A DNA stretch of 61,314 nucleotides, the filler included, from Jimgerdemannia flammicorona (taxonomy: Eukaryota): NCBI GenBank assembly GCA_003990765.1. It is 3 parts of 3 records of this genome, joined end to end, with 100 filler letters (N's around TTAATTAATTAA, not from the genome) between each part and the next. Parts side by side here need not be neighbours in the genome. Positions count along the whole stretch, not along the records: positions 40,948 to 61,314 come from RBNJ01001698.1; 2 more parts are not named here. The stretch is one strand, 5' to 3'. The notes below the pieces were generated by a model, which was not told the DNA's origin, ran no database searches, and saw nothing but the letters and a program-made list of their open reading frames with translations. Within the stretch, counting starts at the first letter, position 1; the number at the start of each line of letters is the position of its first letter. The translations under genes were made by a program, and so were the position numbers. Of the stretch, positions 58,501-61,314 are shown in pieces.

Positions 58501-61314
58501 CTGAGAAGGGGCTGTGGGAATTATGGGTGGAGGACATTCAGGCAAAAGTTGGTATCTGGAAGCATAAGGGTTTGCCTGTGACTGTCCGTTGGATGTGATT
58601 GAAAGAGGCTGCAAGGGTTTATTGGGGAGAGGCTGGTAGGGAGGCTGGGAGGTAGAGAAGGAGGCGCATGAGGTGTGCTTCCAGTAGGCTGAGGAGACTA
58701 CAAGTTGATTGGGCAGATTTGCTCACTATTGTAGGGGTGGAGGATTGGAGGTTGGAGAGGGCGAAATTGGAGATAGTGGAACTACAACAGGTGCTAAGGG
58801 AAGAGGAGGAGGCGCATATGCGGGGCATGGCTACTAGGCTGCGGTGGCAAGGGCTTGAGGAGGGTGAGCGGCCCACTAGGTACTTATCGTGACTTCTCAA
58901 AGCTAGGAGGGTGCATCATCAGTGGGATGGGGTCCTAGATGCTGATGGGGGCATGGTTCATGGCACACAACAAATCCTGGGGGTCTTGAAGGAGAGGTGG
59001 CAGGGTTTGTGGAGTGAGGAGGAAGGGGGTGCAGATGAGACAGAGATTGCAGATACACTGGAGGAGTGGGAACCACCGCAGATTGATGGATTGAGGGACT
59101 TGATCTTACCGGTCCAGGGGGAGGAGATCCAGGGTATCCTGGCAGCAACTAAGCTTGGGACAGCACCAGGGGAGGATGGATTGCCTTGGGACTTCTGGAA
59201 GAAGATGGTGAATGTCCCTGGAGTGTTGGGCGAGATGGCTGATCTTTGTGACCATGTCCTTCAGAGTGGTACATGGGTTGGAGAGCAGGATCTGGGACTG
59301 GTGGCCCTACTGTACTAAGATAAGGGAAGAAGGGAGGACTGGAAGAACTGGAGGCCGATTATGCTTTTGAATATGGACAGGAAGATGGTGACTAAGGTGA
59401 TTGTCACTAGGCTGCAGAAGGTTGCCCAACAGGTGCTGGGGGAAGAGCAGAGGGGCATTGTTGGGGGTAGGCTAATAAGAGATGAGACTGCTTGGGTCCA
59501 CGGTGTCATTGAAGGGGCCCGGGCCTGTGGACTGGATGGGAGGCTGGTCTTTCTGGACCAGGAGAAGGCCTATGACTGGGTTTGGCAGGTGTGGCTGGGG
59601 AAGGTGTTGGACAGCATTGGAGTCCCCACGACATTTAGGGCCTCTATGTTGAGTCTGCTGGAAAGTAGTCGGGCTGTGCTGATGTGTAATGGTCACCGCG
59701 GGAGGGCGTTTCCCTTGGGAAGAGGAGTACCTCAGGGGGACCCTCTATCCCCTATTCTCTATACTCTGTCACTGGAGCCGTTGATGGATAGAATTCACTG
59801 GAAGATAGCAGGGCTCTCTATCTATGGTATAGTGTGGAAGGTGGGGGCCTTTGCTGATGATATGGTGGTTGGACTTGGGTCTGTGGTGGATGTAGAGGAA
59901 CTTCGGGAGATGGTGGAATGGTACAAGGCTCATTCCAGGGTGAAACTCAACTGGCATAAGTGTGAGACAATGGTGCTAGGGAATGGGTTGGTGGGTGGGG
60001 ACATCATTGGAACAATTGTCCCTACTGGTGAGGTGGTGCGATATCTGGGCATCTTCCTCTCTGTCTATGGTTCTGTCTTGCCAAGGGTGTGGTGGGAGAG
60101 CAAGGTGCATAGTTGGGGGGAGGCCCTTCGAGGTTGGGGAGGCCACCATATCTCTTTGGCAGGGCGGGTGTCGATCCTGAAGTATACTGGTTCCCTAAGC
60201 TGTGGTATGTGGTGTATCATCTGGACTTCCTGGCATGGGTGGTGAAGAAGCTCATAAAGGTGGCTAGGGATTGGATTTGGGCGGGGAGGAGGTACCAGGT
60301 CAGTTGGGATACTCTTGTGAGACCGGTAGTCAGGGGAGGTCTTGGCCTGGTGGATTTCCCTAAGAGGCTGCACTGCTTGAGAGCCTGGTGGTTGAAGAGA
60401 GCTGTGGAATTGCGAGGCAGCAGTTGGGTGCCTCTGCTGCAGAAGGTATGGGAGATGCGTACATCCCCTCGAGGGTCCTCCGGGGATCTGCTCTCTTTGG
60501 TGGGGCTGAATGGAGTTCGGAGGCTGTAGTTTAAGGGGTTTTGGTGGGGAGTGGCTGAGGGGGTGCACCGTATTGGCCTGCACTGGCAGGGTAATGAGGG
60601 AGAGGCAGCGTGGGGGCCTAATATGTGGCGTTGGGATAGACTGCTCCTGGGGGGTACTCCCTTGGCTGCATTCGATATTGGGGAGGGAGTGGAGTATCAG
60701 CAGGGGCTTGGCCAGGATCTTTGGCCGGGTGGCTGGCAGGCAGTTGGGATTGGCGAGGAGTGGGACTGGGCGGGCATCTGGTCTTGGAGTGCTGAGGTAC
60801 GGCAATGGCTCCCTCCCAAGTACTGGGTGGTATGGTGGAGAATGTTGTAGAGGAATGTTATGCTGAATTTCCGCTCAGGGCATTTGGTCGAGGGTGGACA
60901 ATTTGACTGCAAGGAGTGTTATGGTGTTGGGCAAGCTGGGGGTTATGTACAGACACCGGAACATTGGCTGGGGGAGTGTGAGGTCTTGGGGGAGTTTTGG
61001 GCAGAGATAGGGGATAGACTGGGTATTGGGCATCAGCAGGTGGGGGAGGGGGGTCGCTGGGAGGACTTAAAATCTTGGCTTGTGGGTGGGGTGGGAGATA
61101 GTTGACTCACTGTAGGATGGGTGTTGGCCATATGGGTGGGATTGGCGGGCCATTGGCTTTTTGTATTTGAGGAGAGGCAGCAGCTGGGGCTAGGTGCAAA
61201 GGTGTTATGGTGGGAGGAGCTGGTGGGGGATCTGCTGACCAGATGGTGGGTGGGTTGGGGTCCTCAAGGAGGATGACATCGGGGTTTAGTGATGAAGATC
61301 TGTGAGCAGAGTGG
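55600..61314 (+). mobile_element. Near full-length degenerate L1/Tx1-clade LINE (ORF1 55682-57708, ORF2 from 57741), cut by the contig end
   Basis: 5' motif CACCTTTCTCCTGTATAATTCATGTTACACAA; LLQDV, GGDFN, WSDH, DQEKAYD, GVPQGDPLSP, AFADD, CKEC...EHWLGEC. Confidence 0.93.

Noticed and set aside
14570..61314. A functional cluster linking the GTPase or ABC genes with the LINE arrays
   Set aside because: The segments are separate contigs concatenated by size.

Overview
Intron-rich eukaryotic DNA, most likely fungal. An early-diverging, Mucoromycota-like host is inferred from gene style and is not verified. The window is not contiguous: it joins three contigs of 20376, 20371 and 20367 bp (1-20376, 20477-40847, 40948-61314) with artificial 100-bp linkers (44N-TTAATTAATTAA-44N). 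Contig 1 is genic. It holds a 14-exon ABCC/MRP-type transporter cut by the contig end, a Gly/Tyr/Pro-rich protein, a spliced cysteine-repeat protein that the ORF track misses, an IRG/IIGP-like GTPase with an apparent frameshifting deletion, and a decayed Ty3/gypsy-like LTR element. Contigs 2 and 3 are nested transposon graveyards. They contain about ten L1/Tx1-clade LINE copies or fragments (one full length with a 16-bp TSD), a decayed hAT transposon, a young element starting with a related TIR, and two copies of a ~2.05-kb TG...CA unit. That unit has a 5-bp TSD, looks like a solo LTR, and carries an unrecognised ~400-codon ORF upstream of its TATA and poly(A) signals; it is the best novelty candidate. 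Other notable points are a conserved 3' stem-loop and 5' motif in the LINEs, a family-wide LQD variant of the endonuclease LQE motif, five of five LINE-in-LINE insertions being co-oriented, and CpG plus CpA transitions concentrated in the repeats.
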